Below are positions 47,359 through 56,652 of a stretch of 64,000 nt of DNA, in pieces. Source of the DNA: Diplonema japonicum (taxonomy: Eukaryota > Protista > Euglenozoa: Diplonemea); the NCBI GenBank assembly GCA_964019335.1, contig OZ025649.1:620001-684000 (forward strand), in the 5' to 3' direction. The notes under the pieces were generated by a model. That model saw only the letters and a program-made list of their open reading frames with translations, was not told where the DNA came from and searched no databases. Numbering within the stretch: the first letter of the stretch is position 1; the number at the start of each line of letters is the position of its first letter. Made by a program: the position numbers and the translations under genes.

Positions 47359-49407
47359 ATGTGGGAAATGACACAGGGGGAGGGCCCAGGGCCTGGGGGC
47401 TCGCCTGCGGTATTCGGAACGCCCACAACACGCATGAGCCCTTTCCAGGCTGACCTGCGGAGCATCAGCCCCGTGCGTGTGAGCAGGACGCCTGTGGAGC
47501 TGTTGTACCCCACGCAAGATGAAATGGAGTCAGACAGAAGGCCGGAGGACGACGTGAGGGCACTTCGAGAGGAGGTGCGGAGGCTTGCGCGCATGGTTGA
47601 GGAACGGGGGCCTGCGGTGGATCTTTTGTACCCGCAGCAAGACGAGGTGGACGAGAGGAACTTGATACAAGCACTGCAGGGGGAGGTGGAAGGGTTGAAC
47701 AGAAAGGTGCAACGACAGGAGCAGGAGCTCGTGAGCATCCACGAAAACCCCAAGCAGAAAAGCGACACAGCGTTGCTGCTGCTGCAAGACACCCTGGGGA
47801 TCGCACCTGGCCCAAATACCGCTGACACAGGCCTGAGAGAGAGCTTCGGCAGCTTCGTCTCGAATATCGTAAAAGAGCACCTTGCTTCCATGTGGGAAGA
47901 CTCGTCAGTGGCCACTCCCGTGTTTTTACAGAGAGAGGTAGCTGCAGTGACCCAAGAGCATGAGAAGGGAGACCTGGCAGTCGAAAGCAAGTTCAACGAG
48001 ACACTAGCAAGTCTAGGCCCACGGGTCACCGCGTTGGAAGCAGCGGTGGGAACGATACAGGAGGCGGAGGGCACGTGGGAGTCAGGCACGGACGACAAGC
48101 TACAGGCCATCAAGGGGGAATTGTTGAACACAGTGCAAGAAATGCTTGACGAACAAACTAACTCCACGGCAGGTTACTTCGAAGAGGTGTGGCAGCACAC
48201 GGCACACACGGAGGATGTACTGCAGAAGGAGCTAGGGGGCTTGAAGAAAGAAGTGGAGGCTCTCAGTAGACTGCAAGGGCAGATGAAGGAAGAGGTTTCT
48301 CGGAATAGTGCGAAGCTCAGGAGTCTGCAGAGGGAGCTGGACGAGTCCCACGGGGGTACAGACGGGCTGGTGGGATCAGTGGAAGAGTTGCACGAGACTG
48401 TCACACGGATGAGGGGCGAGACGGCAACACGACTCGAGCTGGAGGCAGAGGCGATGGACCGGGTGCGAGAGTCGTTGGAAGTGCTGGAAGTGAGCAAGGC
48501 AGCCACATCTGCAAAGGTGGCACGGCTCGTTGACGAAGCACAGACATTGAAGATGTCTACTTCAGACCTGAGGGAAACCCTGCAAGAGGTAGAAGACGGG
48601 CATGGGAACAGGTTAGCACTGCTGGAGAGCAATGACAAGCGACGCGAGGGGTGGGAAAGGAATGTGCGAAGGCTGGAGAGCAGGGTGTTGGAGCTGGGCG
48701 AGAAGCTGGACGACACTGATGCGGAGGTGAAAAGGGTCGCAGACAGCAGGCGAGCGCACGACCTGAAACCCATGTACGAGCATGTGCGGAAGGTGGAGCA
48801 GAAACTGGAAGGGGTGATGAGCGAGAAGTTTGAAGTGATCCACAAGAAGATTCAAGAGGTGCGGAACTCAAGAGACATCGCCAAGCTGGAGGCTGAGATA
48901 CGGGAACTGTGGATGAAGAAGGCGGACGTGATGGCGGTGGAGGAAAAGCTTGCAGATCTGCAGCCGATCATCGAGTCGCTGGGTGCAACGAATCAAGGAA
49001 CACACTGGGAACTGATGGAGGGGGCGGAGCGCAACGGTCAGGAACTAACAGACCTGAGGAGCACCTGCCGAGGCCATTCAGACAGATTGGGCAACTTGGA
49101 AGAGCAGTATCTGGGAACAGTGCACTCGCTGAAGGAGCTGAAAGGGTACCTTCGCACTGTGGCAGACAACAACGACCTCATAGAGTCACTGCGGGATGAT
49201 GTGAGGAGGGTGCGGAGCGAAACGCAAACCGCTCTCCCCCTCATCATGCGCACCCTGCAGCAGGCATCGCTCCTTGTGGACGACTCGTTCACGTTACCGA
49301 ACTCTGAACCTGCTTCCGCTCCTCAAACCCCGGCCTTCAATGCCCGAGGTGCCGCCAGAAACTTCTTCACCAGCCAAGTCGAGCGAGTCTCTACCCTGTC
49401 CCAGTAG
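47359..49407 (+). CDS. Coiled-coil protein, copy 2 of the duplicated gene
   Basis: Same translation as 41978..44026 (offset 5381 bp). The alternative-frame ORFs lying within the CDS also translate identically. Confidence 0.85.
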   Translation: MWEMTQGEGPGPGGSPAVFGTPTTRMSPFQADLRSISPVRVSRTPVELLYPTQDEMESDRRPEDDVRALREEVRRLARMVEERGPAVDLLYPQQDEVDERNLIQALQGEVEGLNRKVQRQEQELVSIHENPKQKSDTALLLLQDTLGIAPGPNTADTGLRESFGSFVSNIVKEHLASMWEDSSVATPVFLQREVAAVTQEHEKGDLAVESKFNETLASLGPRVTALEAAVGTIQEAEGTWESGTDDKLQAIKGELLNTVQEMLDEQTNSTAGYFEEVWQHTAHTEDVLQKELGGLKKEVEALSRLQGQMKEEVSRNSAKLRSLQRELDESHGGTDGLVGSVEELHETVTRMRGETATRLELEAEAMDRVRESLEVLEVSKAATSAKVARLVDEAQTLKMSTSDLRETLQEVEDGHGNRLALLESNDKRREGWERNVRRLESRVLELGEKLDDTDAEVKRVADSRRAHDLKPMYEHVRKVEQKLEGVMSEKFEVIHKKIQEVRNSRDIAKLEAEIRELWMKKADVMAVEEKLADLQPIIESLGATNQGTHWELMEGAERNGQELTDLRSTCRGHSDRLGNLEEQYLGTVHSLKELKGYLRTVADNNDLIESLRDDVRRVRSETQTALPLIMRTLQQASLLVDDSFTLPNSEPASAPQTPAFNARGAARNFFTSQVERVSTLSQ

Positions 49408-49758
49408 ACGGCATCGATGGCAGCACTTCAGGTGAAGCTCTTCCAGGAAGGCTAAAAAAAGAAAAAGAAAAAGAAGGAGTTTAAAGTATTGTTGTTTTTC
49501 GTAACTAGCGCTATTGTGATTTTACATTTTTTTGTTTGATCAGTTCTACCTCCTTTTTTTTTTTCATCCATCACGAATGAGATAAAAAAAGAAAAGGGGG
49601 GAATGAAAGAAATCTTTAATGTATCCCCCCCCCTCCCGGTTAATTGAATAGCCCCCCCCCCCCCATCCACATGTATTTAGAAAAATAAAACGGAAATAAG
49701 TTCCCATCCTATTCCCTTATCTTTTATCAGAGCTAACTCTTGAATTTCTTTTCAGAGA

Positions 49759-50808
49759 ATGAGAATTGTGTTCGTGGCGCCCATACGTGAAACGTCGGGG
49801 AATGGAACAACGGTAGAAAGACTGGGGGGTTTCTTTAAGGGGGTAGGTGAAGTAGTCAAGGTGAATGTGTATGATGACAAATGTACCGATGAGATGGTAG
49901 CCGCAGTAGAAGAGAGCAGCATAGTGGTGGTGCTGCACGCATGGAGAGCAGGACAGGTCGTTTTGGAAGGCGTGAAGAAAATGTGTTTCACACCAAGAGT
50001 AATCGTGGTTTTTGGGGGCACAGACATCAACGAGATGGTCCACGAACCAGAGAAACTGTCGGTGATGACAGGGTTAGTATCTATTGCCGAGAGCTTGGTT
50101 TGTTTCTCAGAAGCCATGCTCTCGATATGCAACGAAACATGGCCCAGAATCGCATCAGGTAAGACACATGTTATCCCGCAGTCGGTCACTGTGCGCCCCC
50201 ACGACTCTCTTAATTCCGAAGCCTTGACAAATGAGTTCCTTAAAACGCAGGTTGGGATCCCTTTAAATAATGACACAAAGATTTTTATCCTGCCCATCGG
50301 GGTGAGGGAGGTGAAGGATCCTTTGTACGCACCAAGCGTTTTTCATACAATTCACGAGAGATACCCCGACGCGTGGCTCCTTGTCATCGGCCCACCTTTG
50401 TCTCTCCCTTTAGCAGGAGCCTTGAAGAGTTTTGATAAAATGAAGACTGGGGTCATTTACCATGAAGGTGTGCAACAGGACGTGTTGCACATGCTTTTTT
50501 CGTCCCAGTACACAGCAGGTGTGCTAAACACCTCCCTGTCTGAGGGGCAGCCGCAGGCCTCCATGGAGGCTTGTCTTTGTGGTGCACCTTCGTTGCTACG
50601 TGATATATCCGGCAACGCTTGTCTCGCACCTGCTTCATCGGTATTTAGTTCCTCTGATGAACTCGTGGGTTTGATGGCGAAACATATCAGCGACCCAGCT
50701 TTCCGCACAGTAATGGCTCACAAGGGGCAACGCTTCATTGAGGAAAACTTCGACGAGCTGACAGAACAACGGCGGTACTGTGCATTGCTGCGAGGCACGC
50801 GGCAATGA
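49759..50808 (+). CDS. GLT1D1: Glycosyltransferase 1 domain-containing protein (GLT1D1-like, GT-B/GT4)
   Basis: 'SGNGTTVERL', 'LHAWRAG', 'VFGGTDINE', 'IPQSV', 'LPIGVREVKDPLY', 'NTSLSEGQ', 'RDISGN'. Confidence 0.85.
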   Translation: MRIVFVAPIRETSGNGTTVERLGGFFKGVGEVVKVNVYDDKCTDEMVAAVEESSIVVVLHAWRAGQVVLEGVKKMCFTPRVIVVFGGTDINEMVHEPEKLSVMTGLVSIAESLVCFSEAMLSICNETWPRIASGKTHVIPQSVTVRPHDSLNSEALTNEFLKTQVGIPLNNDTKIFILPIGVREVKDPLYAPSVFHTIHERYPDAWLLVIGPPLSLPLAGALKSFDKMKTGVIYHEGVQQDVLHMLFSSQYTAGVLNTSLSEGQPQASMEACLCGAPSLLRDISGNACLAPASSVFSSSDELVGLMAKHISDPAFRTVMAHKGQRFIEENFDELTEQRRYCALLRGTRQ

Positions 50809-51106
50809 AGGGAAAAAAAAAAAGAAAGAGAGCACGAAATATAAAAAAGAATAAGAAAAAAGTGGGGGTAGAAAGTCTAGCCCCCCCCCCCCCCCCCCCA
50901 CCCTTTCATTTCCCCATCAGTTTTTCTTTTTTAATCGGTAAATTGGTGTCATAAAATTCAAAATGAATAAAAAGGGAAGGGGACGAAAGTTGTTTTTTTT
51001 TTTTCCCCATATTCCTTTGCTGTACTAGCCCTTTTTTTTTTGTGACCTCTTTACAGGAGAAAAATACCAATTATTTACACCTTTGCGTACGTGGCATCTA
51101 GTTGCA

Positions 51107-51336
51107 ATGGGAAGGGTATGCTTTGCTATGCGACACAACAAAATAATCAGGTTGAAAAGGTGAATGTGGGTCCCGGGAAGCTGACGACGATCAGGTACCC
51201 GGGATATCTTTCTGTGAAGAACAACAGTGGTGTCCCCATCAAGCTCACAGGGACGTACGCAACAGTGGGGATCGGCAGCCCACAACCTGTTGGGAGCAAG
51301 AAGGGGGACGCACCAGAGACCCTCAAGGGGTTCTAG
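51107..51336 (+). CDS. Putative 64-aa microprotein with a 9-nt first exon. Exons 51107-51115 and 51151-51336
   Basis: ATG GGA AGG|GTATGC...AATCAG|GTT GAA AAG: a 35-nt A/C-rich intron matching the local consensus joins the ATG to the coding-like frame of ORF 51091..51336. Confidence 0.5.
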
Positions 51337-51506
51337 AAGAGCGGTTGTATCGTTACACGCGGACGGCAGACGGGGGGAGGGGACACTGTCTTCGTGTCTT
51401 TGGTGGGTTAGTATTTTTTTTTTTCTCTTCACTTATTTATCCGCTGTACAATTTTCACATAGCAGGCAAAAGGGGGGAGGGGCCCTTTGGAGCCCCTTTC
51501 GAAACA

Positions 51507-53825
51507 ATGGGCGGTGGCCTATTCTCAGTTCTATTGGTTTTAGTACTGGGTGCTGCCTCGAGCGATGGTGGCCCTCCGGGGCCCCATCCCGGGAAGGGGT
51601 TATGGCGGATCCTTAAAGGCGGGTGCCAAAGCGAAACAGCCACAGACACCTACAGCCACGCCCAGTGGGACGATGTGACCCAGTTCTCTCGCTGCTCCTC
51701 CATCACGCGAAGCCTTGCAGACGCTAACAAGGGCCGTATCGTCCTTGGCTGGGAATACGACAAGCATGCACTTGAATGCCGAGCACTCCTCGTCCCTGGC
51801 ATCAACTCCCAGACCCTTCGACCCCCAAGAGGGAGGCGGAGAAGTCCTTGGGACTCCCTTGTGACCACCGGCAACGCCACCACGCCACCCATGACCGTCG
51901 GCAACCCTGACGGAGGGATACTCTGCGGGTCGAAGCCTCCATGTCTATACCCTCCCTCAGCTCCCAAGTGCAAGGCACCCAGGACGGCCATTATACAGAC
52001 ACCTCCTGAGTGTGCCTGTAATGGCCCACAAGGTCCTCCTCCCGGCTCTCGGTTCTGCGCATCCAAAGCACAGTTTAACCAGAACGGGCGGCACTGTGTT
52101 CCCCCTTCCACTGGCAACACGTGCGACAGCAATTTTATTATGTGCGTTGTGCCACCACCCTGCCAGTGCGATTCCTCCATCTCCGGTGCATGGAAAGACA
52201 AGCCTGTGTATTGCGCGTCCAAGCCACGTTTTTCCACTGCTGGTCGGGTGTGCGAACCCTCTGGCCCTACAGGGTGTTTGAATCCCAGCGATGCAAAATG
52301 CGACGCCCCCAACACCTTCGTGCCTAGCACACGCGCGCCTAGTACTCCTATACCCCTCACCCCTGCACCCAATACTCCTACACCCCGCACCCCTGCTCCT
52401 AGTACTCCTGTACCCACCTCTGCACCCAATTCCTCTGTGCCCAGTTCTCCTACACCCGTCACTTCTGCTCCTTCCACACTCAGCCCTATAACAACTGCAC
52501 CTGGGACACCCGTCCCGGTCCATGTGCAGCAGCCCCCTGTGTGCCAGTGCGAGTCTAATACAACTATAAACAGCAAGTGGTTCTGTGCAAGTAGAAATAA
52601 TTGGTCAAGCAAAGGGCGGAAGTGTGAAGGGGTAAGGAACCCAGGGGGGCAGTGTCTGCACAGCGAACTGAAGTGTCATGGCCCGAACCATGGAGGGAAA
52701 CAGAAGTTCATGCCCTCAGGTCAGGCCTGCGGGTGCACGTCGTACCTGGGCGACAGCAAGGCGTCTGATAAGGTGCTGTGTGTGGGGAAGGGAGTGTGCT
52801 CCTCGCGCAATGCAATCGGCAGCTGCAACGGTACGGCTACGCTGTGCTCGGCTCGGAAAGTGCTTCGCCTCAGCATCCTGCTGAACGATAGCCTCACAAT
52901 CGACGAACTGGTGCAGAAGCTCAGTCAGGCAACAGGTGTTCCCACTGCCCAAGTGGCGATAGCAAGCATCTGTCCTGGAGCTGTGTGTCCGTTGTCAGTC
53001 TGCCCTGGGACGGCACCTCTTCGCAGGAGGGCGGGATGCCACGTGAGACCCCACGGGACCAGCCTTGTGCAAGGCGGCGTGAGTTTATACGTATGTTCAA
53101 TCAATCCATGAAATAAACTTTTTTTTTCTTTTTCTTCTTTTTTTTTTAGATGGACTTCGACATCATGATCTCCACAGAGGTCGAGAGGTCACAGGTGGTC
53201 GAGGAGCTGTTTCAGAACGTCGACGAGGTAATAATAATAAAAGAAAAACCCACCCCTTCACCCCTTCCCCTTCTAGTTGACGGCTGGAGCACCGCCGGGA
53301 ACAGAACAGCAAGAAGCACTTAGCATGTTAGATGCACAGGGTATCTCGAGTGTGTACTCTGTGGATGGGAGTAACGACAGCGAAGAAAGTAGCAGTAAGT
53401 CATGGTGGGAAATGTACTGGTGGGTGGTGTTGATCTGCATCGCTACAGTGTCGTCAGCGGGTATAATAGTGCGAAAAACAGTCCGTTTCAGCGATTTGGT
53501 CAATTTTGACAGCAGCAGAAAGACTGACGACAAGACGAAGCTCCCTCGTGGGATGGAAGGGTGCTACAGGGCACACCGCAAGCAGCCTCGTCGTGGATGG
53601 TTCTCCATAGGCCGCAACGCTGGTGGGCAGTACCCTGCCCCTGCTCCCGAGAAAGAAGTCTGCATTGATACACCAGACACTCTTATGCTTCCCGTCACTG
53701 AATATATAAAATACAGCCCTTTGGAGCTGGTCCCCAAAAGCAGAAAGGGAAAAGGATCCTCTGGCTCCGTGCGCTCCAGGAGTACTGAGTCGTCCGGGTC
53801 AAGTGAACCTGAAATGTTGATATAA
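51507..53825 (+). CDS. Type I Cys-rich, mucin-like surface protein, paralog 1. Exons 51507-53090, 53150-53227, 53277-53825
   Basis: Signal peptide, repeated 'CxC...CAS....GR.C' modules, P/T/S stalk, TM 'WWEMYWWVVLICIATVSSAGII'. Introns 53091-53149 and 53228-53276 restore the frame and match the intron positions in paralog 2. Confidence 0.85.
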
Positions 53826-53984
53826 AATGCAAATGAACAATCGGGGGGGGGGGGGGGGGGGGGGTGAATTCGTACTGTCATTGTGTTTGATAAGTATTCA
53901 GAAAAAAGAAAAGAAACTTTCGTTTTTTCCATAGGGACTCTCCTATTGAAAAGGGGGGTTTTTCTTTTCTTTTCTTTTTTTTTC

Positions 53985-54313
53985 ATGGACTTCAGTGCCA
54001 CGGAGGGACTCTCGCCTTGTGAAGAGGGTGAGGACATCCAAGTGAGCGCGTGTAATAGGCCGGGTGCATAGCGCCCCTCATCCCAGCTGCGTCAGTAGTT
54101 TCTATCCACTCCCTACGCACGATGGGTTAGCTCCGTAAGGGGTTACTCCTCTAGACCGGTATTCGCCTCCCCGGCGACCCGCCACATCCTTGAGAGACAA
54201 CTGTACAACTATTGTGTCCTTACCAACTCGGTTGAGGCTTTTATACCTAAGGTACCGAGGAAGGTGAACGAGGGGCGAAGGCCACACTACAGCGGAAAGG
54301 TTCGATCAAATGT
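53985..54313 (+). mobile_element. Short decayed 3' fragment of the non-LTR retrotransposon family (copy 3)
   Basis: Translates with a stop and frameshifts as 'DFSATEG..EDI', 'LIPAASVVSIHSLRTMG*' and 'GYSSRPVFASPATRHILERQLYNYCVLTNSVEAFIPK'. Copy 2 reads 'LIPAKTMKSVHSLRTLG..GYSTRPIFASPKVTHSILEEQMRTHCILNNSLVGFTPK'. Flanked by T-tracts. Confidence 0.82.
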
Positions 54314-55698
54314 CTTTTTTTTTTTTTTTTTTTTTTTTCTTTTCTTTTTTTTTTTCTTCTTCTAGGTGATGTTAGTGGGTGTGAGTGGGGGGGGCGTTCC
54401 ATGCTCGGTCAGCTATATATCAAAAGATGTCGCACACAGCACACGCCAATCATCGCTGGCGTTTTGATAGCGGTAGGAGCAGCTAGTCAACCCCCCCTCC
54501 CCCTAAATCTAAGAAACTTACCTATCTATTTTCATAAAGAAAATGACATTCTTTTTTTTTTCCCCGGTGGGCCATTGCTAACCACTTCGTTTCCTATCAA
54601 TGAATTTTTTTCTACACCTTTATTATTGATTCGCCGCATTTTTTTTGTTTTTTTTTATGCTTTCTTTTTAAGGGTGAGATATACAAGAGAACGGATTTCA
54701 TTTTTTGTTTTGTTTCTTTTTTTTTCGTGGGATGGGGAAGGGGGGGGGGGGGGGGGGACTTTTTGTGCCAAAAAAGAAAAGAAAATAAAAAGAGGGGGGG
54801 GAAACAATAAGGAGAAAAAAAGAGAATGCCCCACCTTTCCTGGTACCCAAGCGCTTGAGTGGCTCTTGCAGCGCTCCCCCATGTTTTTTTTTTTTGTTTA
54901 TTTTAATTTTAAAAAAGGGAAAAGAAAAAAAAAGAGGAATAATCTTCTCGTTTGTCCTCCTTGTGTCTAGGTATTTAGAGAATAAGAAAGTCGTAGAACA
55001 AAGCCTCTTTTAAGTCAACTCTTTTATATGGCGTAGTGAATTATATTCGTACTTTTTTGAGAAATTGGAAGGTTCTATAAAATTAAATGTTCAAATTCGC
55101 GTCTCAGAATACTTCCCCCCACATTTCTATTTCCAAATAACGAATACTACTATTTGAATGCAAAGTAAAAAGAGAATAAAAGATCAAAAGGAGGCGGTTT
55201 AGCATCGTGAAAGACATACAGTATAAGACTGCCCCCCCCCCCCTCCCCCTCCCATCTTTGCCCCCTTTTCTACCCTTTTTTTTTTCTAGAAGAAATAAGC
55301 GAAGGAGGGAAGGAAGAAAAAAAAAAGAAAAAGAAGAAGAAAATACCCTTTTTCTTTTGGAGGAGAAAGAAAACAGGTAGATAAAAAAAGAAGAAGAAGA
55401 AGAAGGGTTTTTTTTTTCGTATAAACTATTTTTTTCTTTTTTTTTTTTTATAGAGCATTAATAGATAGGAACTCACACCACAAGAGGCTGTCCTCGAGTG
55501 GGATTGTCTTTTACTATGAGTTTTTATTGCCTGCCCTTTTTTTTTTGAGCATTTTCTTCACGGGAATCTTTATTCCTACATTTTGCGTCCCCCCCCCCCC
55601 CCACACACACACACACACACAATAGTGAAAAACGAAAAAACTACAATTCCCCCGTTCACTCACTTTTCACCAGGTACAGTGCAGCAGTTTTTCTTTTC

Positions 55699-55805
55699 AA
55701 GAACAGAGTCTTTGACTTGTCTAAACAAAAGGAGAACACTGGCAAACGCGGGTTTTAAATTTCTTCCAGGTTTCTACCCAGAAAGCACGGACAAAAAACG
55801 GCCTC
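55699..55805 (+). repeat. Dispersed ~110-bp repeat, copy D
   Basis: AAGAACAGAGTCTTTGACTTGTCTAAACAAAAGGAGAAC...CTTCCAGGTTTCTACCC...AAACGGCC. Confidence 0.75.
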
Positions 55806-56652
55806 TCTCTCTTTTTTTGGAGTTTTAGGCAGTGGATGAGAACAAGGGGGCGTCTCACAGTGACCTCCTTTAACATCATATATGTTTTAATGATAATATT
55901 ATTGTCGAGACTAAGAAACCAGTTGATGGTGCAGCGTGAGGAACTATTTGAAGCACGCACGCTAAACTATTTCTTTTTTAACTACTGGCGAACGGACAGA
56001 ACCGAGACCTTTGGTTGTTGCTGAGCACCCCGGTTGCCTGCTCATTCAAACTGTTACGGCTGATCTAGATCTGGGGATCTGGAGCACCCGTCGATCTACT
56101 CCACTTAGAAGGATGAGAATAGGAGCTGTGGTGGACTACCTCTTCGAACAGCTCTGTATCTCAACCCCCTTTTTCTTTTCGCCTTTGCGGTACTTCATCC
56201 ATGGGTTACAATTTGGGCAAATACAGGTGAGAGCCGCGATTCTGTGCCTGGTCCTTTTCATTTTTAAATTAAAATATTTTTTTTTCTTTTTCTTTTCATC
56301 TGATTCGCGATTCTCTCCCCTTGCCCCCCCCTCTGTTATTTTGCTTCCCCTCCCCTCCTCCTTTCCGGTTTGCCTCTTTTTGTTTTTGTTTTTTTGTTTC
56401 TTCTTTCTTACGGCTCTCTTATTCTTTCATCTCCCCTTTCCCCTTTCCCCAATTTCCTTTTATTTCTTTCCCCTCGGTTGCCCCCCCCCCCCCCCCCCCC
56501 AGTCCCCTTCGATTCTGTTTTGATCAAAAGATGTTTTGTCAATAGTGTTGTCGCTACGGAGGAAACGTAAAAACCTACAAAAAGGCAGCCCAAGGGGCAG
56601 AGCTGGGGGGGAGGGGGAGGGGGGGAGGGGAGAGGAGAAGAAAGAGAGGAAC

